From contig NW_021836406.1 in NCBI RefSeq assembly GCF_006345805.1, positions 1 to 25,986 of the forward strand: 25,986 bases of DNA. The letters are read 5' to 3'. Both the position numbers and the translations under genes were made by a program. This document shows, piece by piece, positions 1 to 9,183 of this stretch; position 1 is the first letter of the stretch; every line of letters starts with the position of its first letter. The notes under the pieces were generated by a model. It was not told the origin of the DNA. It worked only from the letters and a program-made list of their open reading frames with translations, and made no database searches. The stretch comes from Octopus sinensis. Lineage: Eukaryota.

Positions 1-92
1 TGTGTGTGTGGTAAATATATAGAGAGGGTAAAAGCGTAAAAGACAGAGAGAGACACAGACAGATAGAGATAGACAGGCAAAGACGTGACACT

Positions 93-95
<3 letters not shown>

Positions 96-138
<43 letters not shown>
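96..138. repeat. (CA)n microsatellite
   Basis: Perfect CA run. Confidence 0.95.
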
Positions 139-140
<2 letters not shown>

Positions 141-377
141 TACAAACGTACTCACGCTCATGTAGTCATAAATTTAAGATGGCGGATTATAAAGACATTT
201 CACTGTTGGCGATCTGGAAGTTGAGTTATTCCTCGTAACAAATTAAACTTTTTCATTACTAATAAACAAAATCTGTCTCCTTGGGAGAGAAGATTTCGAA
301 AATCAAATCCGTTTTTTTTTTCAAGGATACACTGTTTCATAGCTTTTAGACAAACACTTATAAAACACTTTCATATA

Positions 378-413
378 TATATATATGAAAGTGTATGTAT
401 ATGTATGCATATG

Positions 414-501
<88 letters not shown>

Positions 502-786
502 TATGTTATAGATATATATATATATATATACATATTTGTATGCAGATTATCTGTATTATACACTCACACACGTACATATATATATATATATATATATATG
601 TTATATATATATATATAATATTATATATATACATATACATATTTGTATGCATCTATATATGTATACACTCACACACGTACACACACACACACACATACAT
701 ATCATCATCATCGTTATAGTTTTAACGTCCACGTTTCCATACTTGCATGGAGCAGTGGGCGTTTGTTGAGGCGCATTTTATACAAG

Positions 787-853
<67 letters not shown>

Positions 854-885
854 AGGGAGATATATATATATATATATATGCGTGT
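378..885. repeat. Compound (TA)n/(CA)n/(GA)n microsatellite block
   Basis: Several long TA arrays with CA and GA tracts; source of the YI-rich ORFs. Confidence 0.9.
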
Positions 886-1013
886 ATGTGCGCGCGTGCA
901 TGTATGTGTCTACATGAGTATTTATTTATTTATTTATGTATTTGTTTACTTAGTTACGTATTTATTCAAAATTGAGTTTTCCTTCAGACTCTATGCTATC
1001 ACGTTTCTGCTTC

Positions 1014-1110
1014 CACCAGCACCACCACTATCACCACCACAAACAACACCACCACGACCAACACCAACACCAACACAACAACAACAACAACAACGACAAC
1101 TGCAACAACA
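1014..1110. repeat. Imperfect (CAC)n/(CAA)n trinucleotide repeat
   Basis: caccac...aacaacaac runs. Confidence 0.85.
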
Positions 1111-1226
1111 TTGTAAAATGGAAACGTGATATCCTCATTTCAAGTTACCGAAGGATCTGTAAGGTTTAACCAGTGGGAGTAATTTCAAAGCAGTACTAAA
1201 CACATATTATTAAAAACACTGTATGA

Positions 1227-1256
1227 GTATATATATAATATATATATATATATATC

Positions 1257-1325
<69 letters not shown>

Positions 1326-1598
1326 AATATATTATATATATATATATAAATATAAATATATAAACATATATCTACCACACACATATATATAATATGTATA
1401 TATATATATATATATATCTCTATATATATAAAACTATATATATATAAATATAAATATATATATATATTCATATATATATATAAATATATAAACATATATC
1501 TATATACACACAACCCATAGATATAATAATATATATATATATGTATATATATATTATATATCTATATATATATACGTATATATATATATGCATATATA

Positions 1599-1651
<53 letters not shown>

Positions 1652-1718
1652 ATATATAGATATATTAAAACTTATATATATAAATATAAATATATATTCA
1701 TATATATATATATATATG
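1227..1718. repeat. Long imperfect (TA)n array
   Basis: About 490 bp almost purely TA with short interruptions. Confidence 0.95.
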
Positions 1719-2144
1719 CGCATATAAATGTGTGTGGTAACTGCAGTTTAGATATTCATATACAAGCCACTCTGTAACGGTTTTGCAGTTTTATTAAATG
1801 CCAGGACGTCACTCTCGTACCGTTACGTAAAATTCGTTCTGCTTGTCAAGATTTTGTTTACATTTCCATAAGTAGCTCTGTTCTACCTAGTCCCAAGCTC
1901 AGCAGCTTGGAAAAAGGATGTAAGTGATCCCTAATGAGTGTTTTATGGAAGGCGAAGAGCCTAAATTACTGGGTTCCTTTCCTATTTCGGTTCTGCTAAA
2001 TGTTCTGCGGTTTAACCCGAAGGACTAATTTTCCAGCGAGACTAAATATGTTTTATATCTTTATTTTTGGAAATTTTAAAAATTTATTTTTTAGTTGTTT
2101 CTGTGTACCTTTAACGATATATCTAGATATATACAAGATATATG

Positions 2145-2522
2145 TAGATATATAAAAGAGAAATTCTGTCCGTTTGTGTGTTTGTTTGTCCCATAAAATG
2201 AAACTAAATGGTTCAAAGGAGGCAACACTAATTGTGCTTCAATAAAGTCTTCTGTATTATGACATCGTGTGAAAACATTTCACCTTTCGACAAATATGAG
2301 ATCGAGGCTTTCATACAACTCACTTATTATTGTCATGTAATAAATAAACAGAAGTTCATATATGAAATTGATCTTTTTCTACTTCAATTATTATATATTT
2401 TTCTCTTAGAAAAATACACACATATAGGAGGAGTACATTATATATATAATAATACTTTTAAATGTAGCTCCCAAGAAACAGTAAAAGTAATTACCCGATC
2501 AACGACGGGTATTACTGCATCT
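2145..2522 (+). mobile_element. Possible non-autonomous Helitron/Helentron-type element
   Basis: Starts TATATAAAAGAG then TCTGTCCGTTTGTGTGTTTGTTTGTCC; ends in an 11-bp subterminal hairpin AGTAAT(T)ACCCG-ATCAACGA-CGGGTATTACT (2486-2516). A canonical CTRR terminus is not clear. Confidence 0.35.
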
Positions 2523-2621
2523 ATATATACACACACACACATACATACACACACAAACACACATATATATTATATACATACATATATGTATGTATATAAT
2601 ATATATGATGGGGTGATTATA

Positions 2622-2770
2622 TATACGACTGTCCGTTCAGGTTCCCTCGACCAAATTCACCTGGGCTGTATTAAAAAATATTTCCCTAAATTGCCGTACA
2701 GTGTGACTAAACCTGAAACCGCGTGGTTGCAAAGTGGGCTTCTAAACTACAAACTGAACCCGTTATCCAT
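2622..2770 (-). mobile_element. Degenerate SINE family A head
   Basis: TATACGAC...ACCAAATTCAC...CTGAAACCGCGTGGTTGCAAAG resembles the reverse complement of the A copies at 14083-14240 and 21324. Confidence 0.6.
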
Positions 2771-2813
2771 GCTTATTAAAAATAATCTACATGTTTGTCC
2801 TGTACATATACGG

Positions 2814-2890
2814 AGGCGTGACTGTAGTTAAGAATTTCATTTCGCGACTAGGTGGTTTCGTGTTCTATTCTGTTGTGCGGTAATCTGGTT
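2814..2890 (+). mobile_element. Degenerate SINE family A head fragment
   Basis: GGAGGCGTGACTGTAGTTAAGAA...GTGGTTTCGTGTTC resembles the A-family tRNA-like head. Confidence 0.4.
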
Positions 2891-3216
2891 TGTACGTGTA
2901 TGTGATTATCAGGATGGTCTAATCCGAGAACACATTAAGAACTCTAAGTGTTTCAATGAACATAATGCTAAGGGTAGTCATGTTTGCCTTGACAGCATTG
3001 TACACTACAAAACAAAGAAACATTACACCCGTGCTAAATTCAACCCTGGAGGCCATTTACAACTGCTGGAAACACTGACCAATGAGAGAATTTTGACGCT
3101 CCTTAAAATTCAATTTTAACCCTACACTCTTTCTCTGCAATCCAGACAGATTTTCAACACATTTTGTCAAACAATCACATTCTTGTCTTCGAATGAATAA
3201 TTTCAACGATTTTACA

Positions 3217-3438
3217 TACCTATGTCTTTACTACCCACAGCGAGGACAAACAAGGACAGACAAACGGATTAAGTCGATTATATCGACCCCAGTGCGTAAC
3301 TGTACTTATTTAATCGACCCCGAAAGGATGAAAGGCAAAGTCGACCTCGGCGGAATTTGAACTCAGATCGTAGCGGCAGACGAAATACTGCTATGCATTT
3401 CGCTCGGCGTGCTAACGTTTCTGCCAGCTCGCTGCCTT
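3217..3438 (-). mobile_element. tRNA-derived SINE family B, full length (tail type 1)
   Basis: Reverse complement aligns end to end with the copy at 10426-10656 (GCTGGCAGAAACGTTAGCACGCC...GAGTTCAAATTCCGCCGAGGTCGAC...GTAGTAAAGA). Confidence 0.9.
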
Positions 3439-3643
3439 CCGATTTATATATACCATTTTGAAAATCTATCCGCTTGGACAATTTATCTCTCAGCAGTTCT
3501 TTGTATGTCACATTTAACTTAATATTTGTTACAATAAATTGTTCACCTTCATTTGCGCCTTAGATAATTTTTTTTTTATTTAACATTATATCACCAGATA
3601 ACATTTCTTATAGACGTAGCGTTATATAACATAAAAACATATC

Positions 3644-3908
3644 AGTAGCATGTGGCTAAGGTCTTCGGCTCACTCTGTTTCGAAACTTTCAACAACACAC
3701 TTTATTTCACGTTGCTCCAGTCCACTCAGCTTGCAAAAAAATTAGTTGTACCTGTAATGCAAAGGGTTGGGTTTGTCACATTCTGTGTCACGCTGACTCT
3801 CCCTGAGAACTACGTTAAGGGTACGTGTGTCTGTGGAGTGCTCAGCTACTTGCGCGTTAATTTCACGGGCAGGCTGCAACACTCGTCGTCGTAACCGACG
3901 GAGTGCCA
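3644..3908 (+). mobile_element. tRNA-derived SINE family C, head partly deleted
   Basis: CACTTTATTTCACGTTGCTCCAGTCCAC...GTCGTAACCGACGGAGT shared with 6723-7037. Confidence 0.9.
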
Positions 3909-4212
3909 ATTAGTTATATCAGCAGCGAACGAAAATCGTGCAGCAGTCTCCACAACAGTTCTGAACAGCTTATCCCGGGCCAAAACACTGAGTAGATTGT
4001 CAACATTTCTTTTAATAAACATATCCACTCGACCTAACGTATTGAGTTCATGTTTTTAATAAATATAACAACTCTGACATGACGATATCTGAAATATATA
4101 CTGGGTGCGTGAGGAACTTTGACGACGAATTTGGTAATTTAATAAAACGGTTCTAATCTAACAAAAAACAAACGTATTTCAATAAAAAATTGTGCACATT
4201 TGATGATTTTAT

Positions 4213-4535
4213 AGGCACAGGCGTGGCTTAGAGGTAAGAAGCTTGCATCCAAACGACATGGTTCCAGATTCAGTCCCACTGCGTGGCACCTTGGGCAAGT
4301 ATCTTCTACTATAGCCTCGAACCGACAAAAACCTTGTGAGTGAATTTGTCCCCAAAACCACCGCTTGACAAACGGTGTTGGTGTGTTTGCGTACTCGTAA
4401 CTTAGAGGTTCGGCAAAAGAGACCGATAGAGTAAAGTGCCAGGCTTTAAAGAAATATAAGTACTGGGGCCGATACATTCAAGGCGGTGCCCCGGCATAGC
4501 CACAGTCAAATGATTGAAACAAGTGAAAGGTAAAA
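4213..4535 (+). mobile_element. SINE family A lacking the internal microsatellite
   Basis: tRNA-like head GGCGTGGCTTAGAGGTAAG...GTTCCAGATTCAGTCCC, CORE-like ACCTTGGGCAAGT, and 3' GGTTCGGCAAAAGAGACCGATAG...CAGTCAAATGATTGAAAC. Confidence 0.9.
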
Positions 4536-4572
4536 AAAAAAATCATTCTCTCGGTAAACTTGCTCTAAAAAA

Positions 4573-5114
4573 TTATTCTATGAATCTGCCTTAAGCTACG
4601 ATGAATGCGTCAATGCGAGACCAGAATCATTGATATACCTGCACTAAATGGTCGTTATTTATTCCAGATATCACCTGGACATCTGCAGCCCTCGGTGAAG
4701 CTACGAAATTGTTAGGCTGTCGATTAGTCCTCCTTGTTTACAATACTCCGGATACAGTAGTCAATGGGGTTTAAATCTGACGAGTTTGGAAGCCACAAGT
4801 TTAATGATACGTCATCGTAAAGAGTGCCTCACATCCATTCTCGAGTTACTTGCGCTGAGTGTTGTTGAAACGTGTATGCCCTTCCTCAGCATACTTCATT
4901 CACCCAGGGCCCTTAAGAACTATTCCAGCACCTCAACTTGTCTAGCAGCATTTACTCTGTCACCCTGTGGAAAGATGTAAGGTGACATAACATGACCTTC
5001 GCTACTCACAGTTGCTGGAAAATTATGCTTCAGTCTGGAGACAGAAGGATCTGCACCGAACCATCTGTCATTTCCCCTGTTAGACTTTTGGTCTTGGCCG
5101 AAGTTTTTTTCATA
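4573..5114 (-). pseudogene. maT/DD37D transposase catalytic half (frameshifts and stops)
   Basis: Reads EKNFGQDQKSNRGNDRW...FPATVSSEGHVMSPYIFPQGDRVNAA...VLE*, then PWVNEVC*GRAYTFQQHSA, LWLPNSSDLNPIDY, ...SRIDAFIVA*GRFIE*. The NPxDY third Asp and terminal GxFIE are typical of DD37D mariners. Confidence 0.85.
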
Positions 5115-5172
5115 TATAAATATACATTTATATATGCATACACTTGTATGCGTGTATGTATGTTTATCAAAC

Positions 5173-6005
5173 CTGGGCACCAAACCGTTAATCGTTAATT
5201 AACGAAATTAACATTTTCGTTAACGATTTAACTCTGGAAATCATTATCAGACTAATTAACTTCCGTTAACTCAAGTTGCTGTGACGATCTTCGGGCTCAA
5301 GGACCTGAAGTCCAAGGGCCTCGTCTACTTTAGCCCCTTGGCCGATGCACATTTTGTAGGCATCGACAAAAGGTTTAGGACCCTCTTGGGGGATAAGGAA
5401 TGTCAGCTGGTTGCTACCTTCCTCCCTAGATTTCGCCTCATCTGGTTGGATAAGTATGACAATACCAAGGTCATCGAAATGAGGAAAAGTGGTGGGGGGG
5501 GGTAAGGTCTAGGAGGCCATGAGGCAGCAGTCTGACGAAGTGAACAGCAACAACGAAGAGGAGGATGACTTCTTCAGTGGTGTAACCCAACCAAAAGAGA
5601 GCAGCAGGAGCCACAGGTCACTCAAGGACAAGGCCCAGAATTTGGTCAAGACCTGGTTGGAGACCAACTCCAAGGACTTACTGACAGATGCTTCCTTTTT
5701 GGGGGAGCAAGTGTTGGTGGACTTGTTCATCAAGTTCAACACAGCCAAACCCTCCAATGATGCAGTGGAGCATTTGTTCTCTAAGGGCAAGGACATCTTG
5801 AGGTCCAAGAGATCATCCCTGCCTGATGAAAACTTTGACATGCTAATTTTCATGAAGGGCAACATGCATCTCATGAACAAAATGGAGAACGAGAAAAGGG
5901 GGGAAATTAAATTATGTATATATTGTGTTTTTCATTTTTCAAAAATTTTTAGATTTTTTACGACCACTTTATCAATAAACTTATTTAGTTTAATACTAAT
6001 ATTGT
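5173..6005 (+). mobile_element. hAT-superfamily transposon remnant (terminus plus C-terminal transposase part)
   Basis: Terminus-like CTGGGCACCAAACCGTTAA with a palindromic GTTAAC-rich subterminal array (5190-5228); ORFs 5281-5505 (VATFLPRFRLIWL) and 5519-6016 (IKFNTAKPSNDAVEHLFSKGKDILRSKRSSLPDENFDMLIFMKGN, hAT C-terminal dimerisation motif) joined by a frameshift at a poly-G run. No right TIR found. Confidence 0.8.
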
Positions 6006-6009
6006 GTTT

Positions 6010-6240
6010 CATTTGAATGAATTGTGGTATCCTTATAGAACCCAAGTGTTTATGATTCTTTTCTTTCTTTGATACAGTTAAAATATTCCCGCCAGGAGCT
6101 TCAAATTCCCTCCAAAATTACTAATCAAAAGATCTTGCAACATTTAGGCAGTTGGTGATTTCTAGATCGCTGTGTTGCGCACATATGGCAACAATGGCTT
6201 CTTGTCTTTTAATTTCTTGTATTAGAATCTTATCCGCCAT
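6010..6240 (-). pseudogene. maT/DD37D transposase N-terminal fragment
   Basis: ATG at 6240: MADKILIQEIKRQEAIVAICAQHSDLEITNCLNVARSFD** then FWREFEAPGGNILTVSKKEKNHKHLGSIRIPQFIQ; lies just inside the 5' TIR. Confidence 0.7.
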
Positions 6241-6343
6241 AGAGGAACTGAGGGAAATAAAAACCTTTGAAATGGTTTGAAGAGAGGCAATAATTAAGTG
6301 TCCACAAGTACCTCTCGCACCTACGTGTGCGTCTTGTGTTATG

Positions 6344-6346
6344 TAG

Positions 6347-6422
<76 letters not shown>
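6344..6422. repeat. (TA)n microsatellite
   Basis: Near-perfect TA run. Confidence 0.95.
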
Positions 6423-6424
<2 letters not shown>

Positions 6425-6535
6425 TATTTATTTATACACATTTACATTATCTATATACATGTGTGTACATACATATACATGATTGTCTGTTAGTCTGTTT
6501 GTTGGTTCTAATTTACTTAATTTAACAAAATATTG

Positions 6536-6706
6536 GTTTCATATTTTGGCACAAGGCCAGCAATTTCGAGGAAGAGAGACAATTACATAGATCTCCTTCC
6601 TCTGTGTCCAACTGGTATTTATCGACTCCTTAACGATGAAAGATAAAGTCGACCTCGACAGAATTTGAACTCAGAACGTAAAGACAGACGAAATGCTGCT
6701 AAGCAA
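6536..6706 (-). mobile_element. SINE family B (tail type 2), partial
   Basis: AAAGTCGACCTCGACAGAATTTGAACTCAGAACG plus tail TTTGGCACAAGGCCAGCAATTT matching 21032-21235 and 21946-22132. Confidence 0.8.
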
Positions 6707-6722
6707 AATTTAATACAACGAA

Positions 6723-7037
6723 GGGGCGCGGCTTAGTGGTTAGGGTATTCGGCTCATGATCACAAGGTCGTGAGTTCGATTTCCGGCGGCGCGTTGTGTC
6801 CAAGAGCAAGACACTTTATTTCACGTTGCTCCAGTCCACCCAGCGGTAGAAATGAGTAGTACCTGTAATTCAAAGGACAAGCCTTGTCACACTCCGTGTC
6901 ACGCTGAATCTCTCTGAGAACTACATTAAGGGTACATCAGTCTGTGGAGTACTCAGTCACTTGCATAGTAATTTCACGAGCAGACTGTTCAGTTTGTTCG
7001 GATCAACTGGAACACTCATCGTCGTAACCGACGGAGT
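6723..7037 (+). mobile_element. tRNA-derived SINE family C, full length
   Basis: Box A-like GGCTTAGTGGTTAGG, box B-like GAGTTCGATTTCC, central TTGTGTCC..GAGCAAGACACTTTATTTCAC, tail GTCGTAACCGACGGAGT. Confidence 0.9.
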
Positions 7038-7635
7038 AAATGCCAGTAAAACTAATAAATATAATAACAGCTTTCGGTCCAGGAAATTATGGTAAGCAGT
7101 TGCTTGTATCACAATTTAGCAATCCTGGTTCGAATCACTGCCTTCTCCGTAATAGGACACGCTCTATTTTTTTTTTTTTTAACTTTCACTTACTACACTA
7201 TCAACATCAAGCTCTCACTTCACCAACAAAATCCAATCCGCCTAAATTCCGCAGTTTCATAACCAACCGTTTAAAGGGGTTCGATCCTTCTGTGTTTCTC
7301 TGTTTCAGATTGCTTATCACGGGGCAGTCAGACATCATTTTGGTTTGAATGACAATGGAAAAAAGAAGAAAAAAACAAAAACAAAGAAAAAACAAAAACA
7401 AATAAAACCTCTTGAAATCCTATTATACGAATTATCTCGGAGATATAGCATCTGCTGTTGTTACTGATGCTGCTGTTGTTGTCGTTCTCGCTGTTGCCCC
7501 CACTAATGTTGTTGTTGTTGCTGGAATTAGTGGTGGTGGTGGTGGTGGTGTTTGTTGTTCAGTGGAAATTCATCTTGCTTGTTTCATTACTCTAGTTTAT
7601 CTCTCCTTTAAGTGTTTATAACAACACAACACACA

Positions 7636-7657
7636 TCATATATTATATTATTATATG

Positions 7658-7746
<89 letters not shown>

Positions 7747-7835
7747 ATAATATATATACATACACACATATATACAACATTATATACATACACACACATA
7801 TATATATTATATATATATATATATATAATAGATAT

Positions 7836-7868
<33 letters not shown>
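7636..7868. repeat. Imperfect (TA)n array
   Basis: TA runs. Confidence 0.9.
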
Positions 7869-7869
<1 letters not shown>

Positions 7870-8096
7870 CCTTAAAACAAACCACATGTGTTTTGATAGC
7901 GTTCACTAGGGAGAGTCATTTCGAATTAGGCACGTTGAAATCCCATCATATTATTCCTCCACCACCACCACCACCACCACCATCATCACAACCACCACCG
8001 CCACCATCACAAACATAGTTTGTTTTGTTTTCTTTTCTTTCCTTTAATATTTTGCAAACAAGAGTATGGCACACCGGCGCTTCCCCATACATACAT

Positions 8097-8142
<46 letters not shown>

Positions 8143-8384
8143 CCCTACTTTCCACACCGTCGCCATTCCATTCTCACCACCACCACCCTCCATCATAGAC
8201 GGACCGACAGACAGGATGAGACGTTCTGAGAGATAAAGGATAACGGGGAAAAAAACGATTCCTCGGTAACATAAGAATTGAAAGATTCCACGGTACATCC
8301 ATCCATATAAGCATCTTTTCATTTTGTTTTGATTTTTCGTTCTATTATTATTATTATTATGTATTTTGTATTTTATGTTCTTTT

Positions 8385-8582
8385 ATTCTTTTCTTTTATT
8401 ACTTGTTTCAGTCATTTGACTGCGGCCATGCGGTAGCACCGCCTTTAGTCGAGAAACTCGCCCCTCAGGACTTATTCTTTGTAAATCTAGTATTTATTCT
8501 TTCGGTCTCTTGTGCCGAACCGCTAAATTACGGGACGTAAACATACCAACATCGGTTGTCAAGCAACGTTGGGGGGAGGATA

Positions 8583-8615
<33 letters not shown>

Positions 8616-8670
8616 TATATATATATATACGGTGGGCTTCTTTCAGTTTCCATCTACCAAATCGTTAACC
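8385..8670 (-). mobile_element. SINE family A, 3' two-thirds, with internal (CA)/(TA) microsatellite
   Basis: CTTGTTTCAGTCATTTGACTGCGGCCATG...GCCGAACCGCTAA...GTTGTCAAGC, microsatellite, then GGGCTTCTTTCAGTTTCCATCTACCAAATC. Confidence 0.9.
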
Positions 8671-8842
8671 AGAATTTTTGCATTTTTGTTTTTGTTGCTT
8701 TCTTTAAAAAAAAAAGAGTCTGGTACCTATTCTATTGCTCTCTTTCACTGAACCCCTAACCTACCGATTTGTATATTATTATATATTAATATATATAATA
8801 TATATAGTATATTATTATCATACATACAACATATATACGTAA

Positions 8843-9011
8843 AGGAGAGGTGCTAAAAAGTTCCGGCTTCGGGTAAAGAAAACAGATTCAGTCAACACTT
8901 ATTGCAGTAGCCCTTCAGTTTTCTAAGTCCTGTAAAAGAACTTGGAAGGTTGGGCCTCAACCAAGCCTCTTGGCAATACCCTTCCACCGGGAACTTTTCA
9001 GCAACCCCTCG

Positions 9012-9013
<2 letters not shown>
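8843..9013. mobile_element. Mariner-type MITE (copy 1)
   Basis: Inverted ends GGTGCTAAAAAGTTCC / GGAACTTTTCAGCAACCCCTCGTA; internal sequence homologous to 13673-13873. Confidence 0.8.
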
Positions 9014-9056
<43 letters not shown>

Positions 9057-9058
<2 letters not shown>

Positions 9059-9150
9059 CACGGGATTCCACACAGTTTCCGACTACCAAATTCACTCATG
9101 AAGCACTTGTGAGCCCGAAACCACACAGTTGCAAAACCTGCACCGATATC
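9057..9150 (-). mobile_element. SINE family A variant fragment
   Basis: TTCCACACAGTTTCCG..ACCAAATTCACTCA shared with the copy at 14083-14240. Confidence 0.6.
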
Positions 9151-9183
9151 TGTTATATATTTATTTATTGTTATTTTTTTGTA

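Larger units (their letters stand above)
4101..6325 (-). mobile_element. Decayed DD37D (maT-type) mariner transposon with both TIRs, interrupted by a SINE and a hAT remnant
   Basis: TIR TA|CTGGGTGCGTGAGGAACTTTG at 4101 and its inverted counterpart at ~6300-6325 (ACGTAGGTGCGAGAGGTACTTG on minus); transposase N-terminal and catalytic pieces lie between them on the minus strand. Confidence 0.8.

Noticed and set aside
170-262. AAGATGGCGG motif island that resembles a start-codon or YY1 context
   Set aside because: Reading frame closes quickly; likely a fragment of a dispersed repeat, but there is no second copy in the window to support a call.
321-1777. YI/HT-rich ORFs (and similar ones throughout the window)
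   Set aside because: Translations of TA, CA and TACA microsatellites.
2232-2831. 199-aa ORF
   Set aside because: Spans a putative non-autonomous element, a microsatellite and an antisense SINE; no coherent protein.
4650-4775. Strong + acceptor TTATTTTATTCCAG with open frame DITWTSAALGEATKLLG...
   Set aside because: It is the antisense strand of the maT transposase pseudogene.
5823-5870. CTGATGA inside the hAT ORF
   Set aside because: Encodes PDE of the transposase; no GAAA/stem III arrangement.
6723-6800. tRNA-like A and B boxes (also in the other SINE heads)
   Set aside because: No complete cloverleaf; they continue into SINE bodies found in multiple copies.
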